DNA of 64,000 bases, from the NCBI RefSeq assembly GCF_006345805.1, contig NC_043012.1, positions 13,020,001 to 13,084,000 on the forward strand, read 5' to 3'. The translations under genes and the position numbers were made by a program. A model generated the notes under the pieces. The model was not told where the DNA came from, ran no database searches, and was given only the letters and a program-made list of their open reading frames with translations. Shown piece by piece: positions 1-11,959 of the stretch; the first letter of the stretch is position 1, and the number at the start of each line of letters is the position of its first letter. Source of the DNA: Octopus sinensis (lineage: Eukaryota).

Positions 1-816
1 CCGATATCTGCTACAGCGAGATGTATAATGAATTTGATTAAAGCCAATATATTATTGACGTTTCTCAAGGCTGTAATGATAAAATCCGTTGGACTGAAGC
101 ACTTGTGATATTCATGTTATCTGATTGCATTGTGAATAGAATTCCAGCTGACGCCAAAGGGGTTTCCATAATTTCTGACTGATAGACGACGGAAGAGCGA
201 CGTAACGTGATGTATTCAACAACGTGGTTCCTTAAAGATATGACGTAATGCATTTGTTGTTGTTTAATACATAATTCAATCCATGTTGTGCAGACTTATA
301 TTCACAGGTACACACAGGCACACACACACAAGCACATACACAGACACACACGTTTATATATATATATATATAATATATATATATATTATATATATATATA
401 CATACATACACGCATATATCTGTATGTACATGTTTTGCAAGATTTATTGTATACCTACAATATATATGCTTCTCTTTATATGTGCTTCTCTTTTTATATG
501 CTTCTCTGTTAAATTAGATATTGTTATATTTAGGGATGGTGATTTATTTATGTTTATATTTTTTCTGCCAAATAAATACACATACCATATATTCGACCTT
601 TAATGTAGCTTTATAATTTTTGTTATATTTAATAATAAAAAAACTCAAGCCAACAACGAATATATAATGTGTATCACAAAAAGTGACCTTCCCAAAATAT
701 AGCAATGCGTATATATACATATTTACTTACAAACACATGCACACATGTATAAATATGTTTGTGTGTGTGTGCGCGCGAGTGTCTCTATATTTATCTTTCT
801 TTCTATCTATCTATCT

Positions 817-851
<35 letters not shown>

Positions 852-853
852 GC

Positions 854-932
<79 letters not shown>

Positions 933-2212
933 TATATATACATACACACATATACATATTATTGTGTTCTATATTTACTAGTTGCATTAGAGATAACGTA
1001 AATTCTGTTCATGGACGTTGTTATTAGGAATATACGAACAAAATACATTTAAGCAAAGTCTATCAAAGCCCATCTCCATATAGGTTCTTTGTATTCCTAT
1101 CTACGAACAGACTGGAATGACTTAGTTTGAACGAACAATCAGCCACGGTACTCTCGTTATTAAACCGACTGTCGTCGTGAATGTCCGTGGTAAAGAGTGA
1201 TTATAACCGTATCTTATAAACTGACGTATGGCACTGATTTTGATTCCGCATCGTTCGCAGCATTCTGTTTGATTACAGATGCATTTCTTTTTTTTTTCTG
1301 TTTTTCACGGACAATAATACATAAAGTCTAAAAAAAATCGTAAAGTTGATTAATTCGTCTTTTTCGTATATTGCAGCGATCGATGTCATGTGAGATCAAT
1401 GAATGCAAAACGTAGGACGATTCGAATTGAACTTGTATGATGTCAGAAATATAATACAACGTTGTTTTGTTAGCCTGATATGATAATATTCTTTTGAAAA
1501 ATCCAGAAGCATTTCAGGAACCTCATCCATGTTAATGTAGTTCAAAGCAATATTTTGAGGACAATTCATACAGTAACACAGATATACATACATATATAAG
1601 TAGATGCATACATATATTACACACGCACTCACACAGGCACGCATACACATTTACATAGTCGTATAAATATACCTATATATTATATACATAATCTGCACAT
1701 ATCATATAATGTATATTTTATATGCCCTCACCTTCTTGCTGGAACTGTATATTATGTATGTAAATATATGTATGTAAATATATGCGTTTGCGAGTGTGTG
1801 TGCGTGCATATGCGTGTTCGATTGTCAGTGTGCGTGCATACGTCTCTGTCATCGCGTGTGCATGTCTGCCTGTCTGCGTAAATCTATGAACTATATTATC
1901 CAACAATCAAAATTCTGGACATTCTTATTTGGAATTTACAAACAAATTACATTCAGATTTAAGTAAAGCCTAAGTCAATATATGTTCTTTGTATTCCCAT
2001 ACACGAACGGACTTGAACGACATTACGCTGCGCCGTATCACTCTAAAACTCATGTATATTCGCATGTGTCTTAACTTGAAGATGCATATAGTTCTAATTG
2101 CAAATCGTCTTGTGTGCCTTCTGCTGAACGTGCATGATCCGACATTATATTTAATAATGTAAGGCAAATAATCTCTCATATGTGCGTGTGTTTGTGTGTA
2201 TGTGTGCCTATT

Positions 2213-2251
<39 letters not shown>

Positions 2252-3182
2252 CTATCTCTCTCTGTGCCTATTTCTGTATGTGTATATGTGTGTGTTTGTA
2301 CGTTTACACATGCTCATAATTGCATCATTTTTTTACAGCCAGAGAAACAATCGCATATTTCTTCACCAAAATTAAAGAGCATATCAGATATGATTCACTC
2401 TTATATAAATATCATGAGAATGGTTACACTGATTTTCATATTGTTACAAGAAAGAAAACACACACACACACACACACACCACACACACACACACATACCA
2501 CATACACACAAACACGCACATATATGCAACAATTACAAACGTTAGTAGAATACTGGATATGGAAAAATACACAAATCTGGATATTAGTGCATAAAACTAT
2601 AGTTATAAGGCTTATCATGCTTTAATATTAAATCATATATACACTTCAAGTTATTTGGAAATCCTATTTTCGCCATTTTCTTTGTAAAATACATATATGA
2701 GAAACTTCTACCTCACCATATACACAAACAGGAAGAGGTAAGTATTGCATATGTGGAGTTATATCTACAACGCAAAAATGATTGCAACGCAAAAAGATTA
2801 TATCTACAACGCAATCATACGCATTCATTCTGAGTTCAAATCCTATCTAAATGTAAGACACCAGCCACTTGTTTTCATAAGGATATATATTTATATCCGA
2901 ATTTGTTCTCTGGTATTTACTTCATCAAGTCCTCTATAATAATATTTCTTCGTTTACGCTTGTGGCACTGAGAAGGACAGTGATATGTGGTTTATCAAAT
3001 ATAGTAAAATAAATTCTACCATAAATTTACCTGTAAACATCGCTGTTGGAAACGATCGTGTACATGTATTAAAATTCTTTCAAACTTTAACATTTCTTCT
3101 CCATTTTTAACAAATTTGTTGTATATATGTATAAATTTATATATACATATAGATGTGTGTGTGTATATATGTACATACACAT

Positions 3183-3216
<34 letters not shown>

Positions 3217-3609
3217 TTATATGTATATACATACATACATGCTACTATTATCATTAAGGACTCTGCTATTACCATTAAGCATATTGTTATGGCAAGGAAC
3301 TCCACACACGCATATACATGCGTGCATACAAGGAGGCGTAAGGCCAATTCTAAGACAACCGCAGAAACAGACAAGGGAACATGAAGGGCAGTCATCAATT
3401 CATTGAAAAAATTGCTAACAGCCACGATAAAATTTGATTAACAAACCATGAAGCGATTGAGTGTTTAACCAGCATATCAAATAAACGATTGGTGAGTTGG
3501 TGTCTTAGATATTTGACCAATTGTCTAAAGATTAAAAAACAGGATTAAACATGAGTCGGTTATCTCAATTTGTGTGTCATTACTCTCCCGAGATCCAACA
3601 ATGTGTTTC

Positions 3610-3672
<63 letters not shown>

Positions 3673-3794
3673 ATAATATATTTAAATTTAAAATGAGGGT
3701 GAGAAATTTGATAATAATTCAGATAACGTCGATTTCACACCAGTGGTCTAGCATATAAAAAAACCGAAGGTACAGTAAAATTGTATTGTATACG

Positions 3795-3861
3795 TATTAG
3801 AGGGAAACCACGTTATCTATTTCTAGCATAAGGGTGTCCACATAGTGGTTTCCCTCTAATA
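3795..3861. repeat. Short inverted repeat (17-bp perfect arms, 33-nt spacer), MITE-like or collapsed element end
   Basis: TATTAGAGGGAAACCAC (3795-3811) is the exact reverse complement of GTGGTTTCCCTCTAATA (3845-3861); followed by (TA)n. Confidence 0.75.
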
Positions 3862-3922
3862 TGTATATATATATATATATATTTATTTCTATATACATAT
3901 ATATATACATATGTATATATAC

Positions 3923-3997
<75 letters not shown>

Positions 3998-4206
3998 AAA
4001 TTGAAAGATGAATTTTCTTGTAACAGATTATTCAAAGGTTTAACCGATACCTGGGTAGCAAAAATCACAGCGGAAAACAGCACGGTTGGATATAAGACCA
4101 TTTGGTGTTGCAACCGTGCGTTGGTGCGGATAATTGAAGTTTAATATTATTAGTGAATGGAATAAATGGAGTTGAACGAAGATTGTACAGAATACCTTTT
4201 ATTACA

Positions 4207-4286
4207 TTCTACACATGTTTCGAAGGCCACAAATTTCCAAATTCTGTTTAAATAAGGGTACCATATTGCGGCTTTCTCTTCAGGAA
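4207..4286 (-). ncRNA. Type I hammerhead ribozyme, identical inverted copy
   Basis: Reverse complement of 4423-4502. Confidence 0.8.
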
Positions 4287-4422
4287 AAAAACAGGAATTC
4301 CGTTGACAGGACAAAACAAAACACATTGATAAACAGTTCTGCCATGGGCTCCTAAGGAGCATCTTCGTTCGAATTGCTGTGCCTCTGTTTTGTTTTGTCC
4401 TGTCAACGGAATTCCTGTCTTT

Positions 4423-4502
4423 TTCCTGAAGAGAAAGCCGCAATATGGTACCCTTATTTAAACAGAATTTGGAAATTTGTGGCCTTCGAAACATGTGTAG
4501 AA
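4423..4502 (+). ncRNA. Type I hammerhead ribozyme, canonical core, long stem II
   Basis: Stem I UUC/GAA; core CUGAAGA (4426-4432); stem II GAAAGCCGCAA/UUGUGGCCUUC with a ~33-nt loop; GAAA (4488-4491); stem III ACA-UG-UGU; GUA cleavage triplet (after 4499). Confidence 0.8.
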
Positions 4503-4557
4503 TGTAATAAAAGGTATTCTGTACAATCTTCGTTCAACTCCATTTATTCCATTCACT

Positions 4558-4594
<37 letters not shown>

Positions 4595-4943
4595 TAAATA
4601 GTGGTTCTCTCACTCAATCAGACGAGATCTTTGGTTTGATGAATAGTGAGTGAACCGCAATCCATCTTTTGTGATTTCTTTAAAATTTACCTTACTCGGA
4701 AACTGCAATCAGCATTCATCCCGAGTTTAGTGAAAGCAGTATAAGTGGTGCAATCTCTACGTTTGTGGTATGGTCAATCGAGCTTTTGTGGTCGTGCACG
4801 CTACTGGAGTATAAATCTGTTTTTACTTTCGTATGTGTGTATTTGTTCTAAACTATTTTGTAAGCGATAGCAATTTCGTAGATCCGAATTTGGTGCTTCG
4901 CTATTTAATGACCTGGTTCACCTGAATCCTGGACTTCTCTCCT

Positions 4944-4978
<35 letters not shown>

Positions 4979-5083
4979 GCTCTCTCTCTCTCTCTCTCTC
5001 TGTGTATGTATGTGTATATATATATATAAGTATATATGTATATATATATAATGTGTGTGTATTTGTGAGCGTCTGTCTGTCTG

Positions 5084-5163
<80 letters not shown>

Positions 5164-5968
5164 ACGTTCTGTTGCCTCGTTATATATCTTTTTATGCATG
5201 GATATAATATAATATATACGGTTCTTTCGAATCCAATAACGTATTAGATCATTAATCATATTAGATGTGATATTGCATACTGCCGGGTTAAATTCACGCA
5301 ATTACAACACACGGAGAGGTTATATTACTGTACGTATGGATATATCCTGAATGAACATGTACTTCTCTGTGTGTTATCATAGAGGGAAATATTGGCAAAT
5401 GCAGTTATATCTAAAATGTCAGAAATTACACGACATGGCAATGCTTCTATTTTAAAGCGAAACGCCAGAAGATACTTTCTGACAAAATGAAAACTGCATG
5501 TAATAGTACTCGAAGATTTGATCCATTCCACTTCACACATATCAATAATATATATGATCTTCAAAGTGCTAACTCTTACATTAAGTTCTCTATAAAAGGA
5601 ACTGAAGATAATGTGCCAGTTCCAGAAAATGATTGCCATTAAAACACCAGTATTACAGTATATTCGTCGTAATTCTTTTGACAGATGAAGCTCATGATTT
5701 GATCTTTATAAATAAAAGAAAAAAACATTCTCAATTTACATAGACCTGCCTGCGAAATTGTTGCTGGTAACCACGTAATGGCTTTACTGAGTTAATGTTC
5801 TATTAAGTTGGAAAGGCTAAATTCACGTTCTACACTATTCACACTTGAAATATCTTTCTTGTCTTGGAAGGTGATGTTCACAAGTTGATGTAATTTGAGC
5901 AGATATTACGTTTATCTCTCTCCATAGTACATAGATAAAACAATGCTTATATATATATATATCATATA

Positions 5969-6040
<72 letters not shown>

Positions 6041-6084
6041 CGATATGTGTATATGTATTTACATTTACACACACCACATATATA

Positions 6085-6115
<31 letters not shown>

Positions 6116-6189
6116 CTATATATATATATATATATTTCTGAGTACCTCATTTCTTCTAATGTAAAATACCTGTACATCATCCCCAAATC

Positions 6190-6235
<46 letters not shown>

Positions 6236-6261
6236 ATTTTCATATTTAATTTAATTCAACG

Positions 6262-6604
6262 CCAGCAATATCAATGGAAGTGGTAAGTCATTTACATCGG
6301 CACCAGTATTGAAATGCTACTTTATTTTTCAACCCGAAAAAGTTTGAAATGAAAACTCGACCTCGAAAGAATGTTCAACTTACAACGTGAAGACGGAAGA
6401 AATACCTATTTCTTTACTGCCCACAAGGGGCTACACACAGAGGGGACAAACAAGGACAGACAAACGGATTAAGTCGATTATATCGACCCTGAAAGGATGA
6501 AAGGCAAAGTCGACCTCGGCGCAATTTGAACTCAGAACGTAGCGGCAGACGAAATGCCGCTAAGCATTTCGCCTGGAGTGCCAACGGTTCTGCCAGCTCA
6601 CCGC
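6262..6604 (-). mobile_element. SINE family C (GGCGGCGAGCTGGCAGAA head): younger copy followed by an older headless copy
   Basis: 6405-6604 matches 47280-47515 (GTCGACTTTGCCTTTCATCC, AGCCCCTTGTGGG..TAAAGAAATA); 6262-6404 is a more decayed body segment. Confidence 0.8.
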
Positions 6605-7190
6605 TTTTCTAACATAATTAATATTAAGAATTATCAGCTTGCTTCTCTTCTCTTTCATTTTTTTATGTAACCTCATTTAACTATATAACGGCATGTGATA
6701 AATAAACAAAGAATACAATTCCTTCGTTCGGTTTGCATTAACATATGGCAATACTGTCAATGAGGTGAACTCAAGTGTTCACTACACGAAAACGTAAATA
6801 GATCAGTATTTACGATGGTATTGAGTTAATTAAAAATGTTAAAACATTCGAAAGTGTATTCTTCACCAAGCATATTGCAGCCTACTGTTATATGCATGAG
6901 CCATGTGCACTAAATATAAGTGGTTGGTAATATATTTTACACTAGCGCTGCTTCTGTTTCATAGCTGAATATATATACAGTGTATAACAGTGTATATATG
7001 TAAGTTATCACCTTATTATATTTTCGATTTCGTTTTTGATCTTGTCGACTACACGGTTATAGTAAGGTCATTTTGTCACCGTCTGTTTGAAAAACAACAC
7101 CATGACACAAATTACTCTGCCAACAATTTGGAAACGAGTTGGTGTACTGCTTGAAGTTCGCATTGGAAATACCAGTACCGCAATTTCAGT

Positions 7191-7445
7191 GTAGCTTCTG
7201 GCCCCAGAAGGACACCCTCCAGCTGGCTATTGATACACTTTATGTGACCTATGGGTATTTGCAAAGGGAAGCCATCCTTTCAGTCTCCAACATATGATAT
7301 ACACGGATTCGTGTTTCGGAATATTGACCCGTCATCGGTTGTCGATGAAAAGTCGGTCTCCCTTTGCAAATATATATCATTTTTCCAGTGACGAAGTGTG
7401 TCAATAGCCAGCTGGAAGAGGTGTCCTCCTGGGGCTACAAGCTAC
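7191..7445. mobile_element. Fold-back element (~85-bp imperfect inverted arms) with a central hammerhead-like motif
   Basis: GTAGCTTCTGGCCCCAGAAGGACACCCTCCAGCTGGCTATTGATACAC..TTTGCAAAGGGA pairs with TCCCTTTGCAAA..GTGTGTCAATAGCCAGCTGGAAGAGGTGTCCTCCTGGGGCTACAAGCTAC. Confidence 0.8.
7297..7341 (-). ncRNA. Hammerhead ribozyme motif, partly decayed
   Basis: Minus strand CCGAUGA-C-GG-GUCAAUAUU-CC-GAAA-CACG-AAUC-CGUG-UA: perfect 5-bp stem III and GUA site. U4 is C and stem I is poor. Confidence 0.55.
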
Positions 7446-8741
7446 AGTAGCATCCACCCTTAGGGGCTAGCCATATTTACTTGGCAAATATACTTCACGT
7501 TGTCGTGCAGCTATTCTTTGTACCTCGCTCAGAGATTTAATATATATATATATATATACACTTCGAGATGTAAATATGTTTAAAATATAGATGCACAAAT
7601 GTATGAACTTAGCCTACATACTTCATTTAACATAAACCTAGCAGTAGAGTTGTTTTGGTGGGACATATACACTATGAGATTAATTTGCATAAGCGTATCT
7701 AATTTTAAATCAAAACCAAGACGAAAAGGAAATAAAATTAGAGGAAAATGTGAACGTGAATTTTATAGTAAAATAATCGATTAGATTATAAAAAAGAAAA
7801 TAATGTGAGAAGCTAATTTGAGCGAATTCTGCCAATTTGGGATAGAGCAGGATAAACGATGCTGAAATCAGTTTAGTTAAAATATAAATAGTAAAAGGGT
7901 ACAGATTATTAAAAAAATGTATACAATGAATAATGTAATATATAAAAATATAATTAGTAATAATGAATAGAAGGAATGAAATAAAAACACAGTAAGAATT
8001 AAATTAAGGAATTAAGTAGATGCTTTGGCAGTCTCGGACGAAAGACTTTCAGAGCTAAAATACATGTTGGTTTACATATTTAGATATTTTGTGTTCCTCT
8101 GAATAGACTTATTTATGTGAAGTGAAATTGATAATGTATAAAGAGTAATTATTCTATTCTTATACTGTTAACACGTGCTTAGTGCTATTTAGTGATATGC
8201 ACGCATGCTCATATTACACATTCGGGCAACGAACTTTTTAACGTTTAGTTTTTATTCAAAACCTTAGTGCTTTTGTAATACAAAATAGCTTTGTGTCGTG
8301 GTGTGTATTTCTAAAGAGCCACTAAAAAGAAAAATCTAATGTCTATCCATCTATTTATCTAACTCTCCTCCCCTACTTCTCCCTCTCCCTCCCTCCCTAC
8401 TTTTCTGTGAGTCACTCTCTCTCTCTCTCACACGCTATCTAATAACATATATGATATAATATATAACATAGATACATATACATATTCTTTATTTTCTTAC
8501 ACGTTTAAGTCGTATGACTGTGGCTATGCTGGGACAGACACGTACACACACACACACATATTTTTCAAATTGTACAAAAAACAAATGACAAACATAAGTA
8601 AACAAGAAACGAGGTTTATAAAATTCAGTTTCAGGAAAAATGCTTTAGCGCTTCGAGCAAATGCCCTTCTACAGAAAGGAATAAGGAGAAAAACTGAGGA
8701 AAAAACTGAGGGAAATATGGAGAGAAAAATAAGCATGTATA

Positions 8742-9200
<459 letters not shown>

Positions 9201-9649
9201 GTAATTTATGCATATGTATGATATAGCATTGCAGAAGCATACTTTTATTATCCCATAAAACACATTTCCCGAACTTTACTTTTAGTATATTTAAATATCA
9301 TATCAACGTGCCACCTAAACAGTTATGAAGGGGTATATATTTTTAGTTTCTATTGTTTCATTCTGTAGATTTTCTCAGCATATAATTTATTGACAACATT
9401 TTTTCCCAACTGAGTTGGATGTTTTCAGAAATTTTCCAGGTTTTTCGCCAGCAATTCTTTTTGTAGCATATGCGCTACTGTCAGCCATTCCTTTGTATAA
9501 ATTGCTTTTAATCTAATCTTACTAGCATTGATATTTTAGTCCCCTAGTTTGAGATTTGTGAACAATATATGGTATACACATGTGAGTATACCTATGTGCT
9601 TTTTCAAATATTTGTGTGTGATTATTATGTGTACCTCAGAGTATTTATC

Positions 9650-10200
9650 TATCTCTTTTCTTCCTCATTTCTGTTTTTCTCGCCCACCCTTTCTCTAATT
9701 CTTCTCCTCTCCCCTTCACCGTTTCCTCTCTCTCTCACACGCATTCCTCCTTGAAGCTGTCGTTGCACACACGTGACCTACAGCTATCTATGTTTCTTTC
9801 TTCCACTTCCTAAAGACAAGTCGTGCTTTTGATTGTCTCTTCTCAAATCAGGTTTTTCCAGCTTCACCAATTCGCCTCGTTATGGCTTAACAACGCTCAC
9901 CGTTTGTCGTTACGGTTTTGTACTTATTGTCCTGTTTTTCTTACCACTTTAAACCTCCGCAAAAAATCCCAAATTTGATTTAATTTGCCTTACGGGTAGG
10001 ACTGTTTAAACGAAGTCACGTCTTGTTCCTACCTTCGTAACGTAGATTAGATAGAGCAGGAGAGGACTGGTGAAGGGAATGTTCTTTGTGTTACCTCTCT
10101 CGTTTCACTATTTGGTTTTTTCGTTATTTGAAGAGTTCGTTTTCCATGCATTTGTGTTTTATGTTCTCGTTTCGCATCTTGTTTATTTTTTTACGTCCTC
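9650..10200 (+). mobile_element. Dispersed ~550-bp repeat, copy 1 (unclassified)
   Basis: Colinear but diverged relative to 41380-41900 (CCCACCCTT..TTCTTCTCCTCTCC..CTTCACC, CTTCCTAAAG.CAA..CGTGCTT, TTTAATTTGC, AGGACTGTTT, GA..GGTGAAGGG.AAT.TTCTTT). Confidence 0.7.
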
Positions 10201-10469
10201 TACCGATATATACATGTATATATACCTATATATGTAGGCATGCACATGTATATGAGTATATATACATATATATAGATTATTTATATTATTATTATTATTA
10301 TTTCATATATATATACATTATGTTATGTATGTATGTATATGTATAGGTATATATATATATATATATAGATATATATATATATATATATAATATATGTGCA
10401 TTATATATTATATATAATATATATATATAATATATAGGTATGTATGTATGTATTATTATGTATGTATAT

Positions 10470-10780
10470 AACAACTGTGGTTGTTCACTTCTGGGTAACA
10501 GTGAAGCAAAGACGTGATAGACTTGACATGTATCCATGTTCGATTATCTGCTTAGAGGCCCCAAACGAAGTGATTAAAAATGCAAAATTGTATTGTCTGA
10601 TATACCGTTCAGAAAATCCTTTGACTGGATGGAAATATCTTCCAGAACAATACGAGGTTGAGAAGGAGTTGGTGGTGCTGACAATCTTATTTTACCGCCT
10701 GAGCAGCGCATGATATTTGTTTCATTTGGAAATGTTAAAGTTTTGCAGAAATGATAATTCAACAGTAAATGTGTATTGTT
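10470..10780 (-). mobile_element. Helitron RepHel fragment (N-terminal region), frameshifted
   Basis: Three frames join into CKTLTFPNETNIMRCSGGKIRLSAPPTPSQP..SKDFLNG / IRQYNFAFLITSFGASKQIIEHGYMS / QVYHVFASLLPRSEQPQLL. This matches the Helitron pattern CC..GKV.LP..P.EP..S..FL..IR.YN.AF.MTSFG..FKIQGQVYH.IGSLLP. Confidence 0.8.
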
Positions 10781-11194
10781 ATATACATTGGAATGGAACA
10801 TCATTGTTTTTTGTCAAGAGCTTTACCTCCGCTCGTTCATTATATCAGTCAACACAGATGCACTGACACATTATTCCGCTGTTATGGCCATAAAGACGGA
10901 GAGTTGCCGATGAGTGATGTTGTTCACATTAGGATATTAGTCTTAAAAGTGAAAGAATAAAAGTGAAAGAATATATCACAATACAATATGGGTATTGTTC
11001 TTTCACCTTTGACATATAATACCGAACCAGTGCCAATGCTCTATTGTTTTAATCTAACCGAAAACAAATTACATGTTGACACACTCGTGGTCTGATACTA
11101 TTATCATGCAAAATTTGATTTGATTTAGATGAGCCGTTCGAGAATGCATTCCGAACAGACAGACATACATACAAAGAGTTTTATATATACCCTG

Positions 11195-11242
<48 letters not shown>

Positions 11243-11247
<5 letters not shown>

Positions 11248-11450
11248 ATGAAAAGGGACACACGAGTTGATATATATGGAAAAATAAGTCAAGATAGAAA
11301 ATATTAAAATTATTTTATAAAGAACATTTCAGTACCGGTTTCGGTCATTGAGTTAAAGTTGAAAAGGTCTCAAATGACCGAAACCGGTACTGAAATGTTC
11401 TTTATGAAATTACTTTAGCATTTTCTATCTTGACTTGTTTTTCCAATATA
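11243..11450. mobile_element. Collapsed inverted pair of PLE terminal repeats (family D), no coding interior
   Basis: 11285-11352 is the reverse complement of 11369-11445. Both match the arms at 52047-52169 and 53525-53647. Flanked by (TA)n on both sides. Confidence 0.85.
11357..11392 (+). ncRNA. Hammerhead ribozyme, U3-A8 core variant (family D); 5' strand of stem I damaged at the junction
   Basis: AAG-UUGAAAA-GGUC-UCAAAU-GACC-GAAA-CCGG-UA-CUG; perfect stem II. Confidence 0.6.
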
Positions 11451-11959
11451 TATATATATATAGATATATATATATATATATATATATATACAGGTTCCGG
11501 ACTGTATTTGAGGAAAGATTTACTGTTTAAAAGTAAAACGCATTTATAAGAGAAAACATCTGTATTTTTATAGAAATAGCACAACCATAAGCCTAAATAA
11601 TCTATTTAATAATTTCATTCATTAAAACCAACATAAGCATCAATAACTGCCTCTACGCAGGGTCGAAATCGTTTACAAGGTCGGATTAAGTGTTCCTTGT
11701 CTATATCGGACATAACTCGAACAATGTTGGTAGTATGGGGGTGTTCATTAGCACTTTTCTCAACGTTGCTTCATAGATAGTAGTTCAGTGAAGTGAGACC
11801 CGGAGAATAGAGAGGCCAAATGTTGGGTGTAATGTAATGACGCAAAATGTCGGTCATGCGCTCTTGGGTTATTTGAGAGTTGTATAAAGGTACAGAATTT
11901 TGTTGGAAGACATAAGACTATACATTGCATACACTGTCTTACAATCCTCATGAAAAGTG

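Larger units (their letters stand above)
4144..4565. mobile_element. Near-perfect palindrome (two ~180-bp arms, 62-nt spacer), PLE-type inverted terminal repeats
   Basis: 4144-4323 is the reverse complement of 4386-4565 (one mismatch noticed). Each arm carries a hammerhead motif pointing outward. The right arm ends in (TA)n. PLE origin is inferred from the architecture. Confidence 0.85.

Noticed and set aside
3457-3531. Peptide KRLVSWCLRYLTNCLK resembling BEL/Pao pol
   Set aside because: Too short, with no flanking support.
5325-5705. 126-codon minus-strand open frame with a poly-T acceptor and faint CUB-like wording
   Set aside because: No convincing domain pattern or donor. An ORF of this length is within chance expectation for 64 kb in six frames. 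BLASTP or RNA-seq could overturn this.
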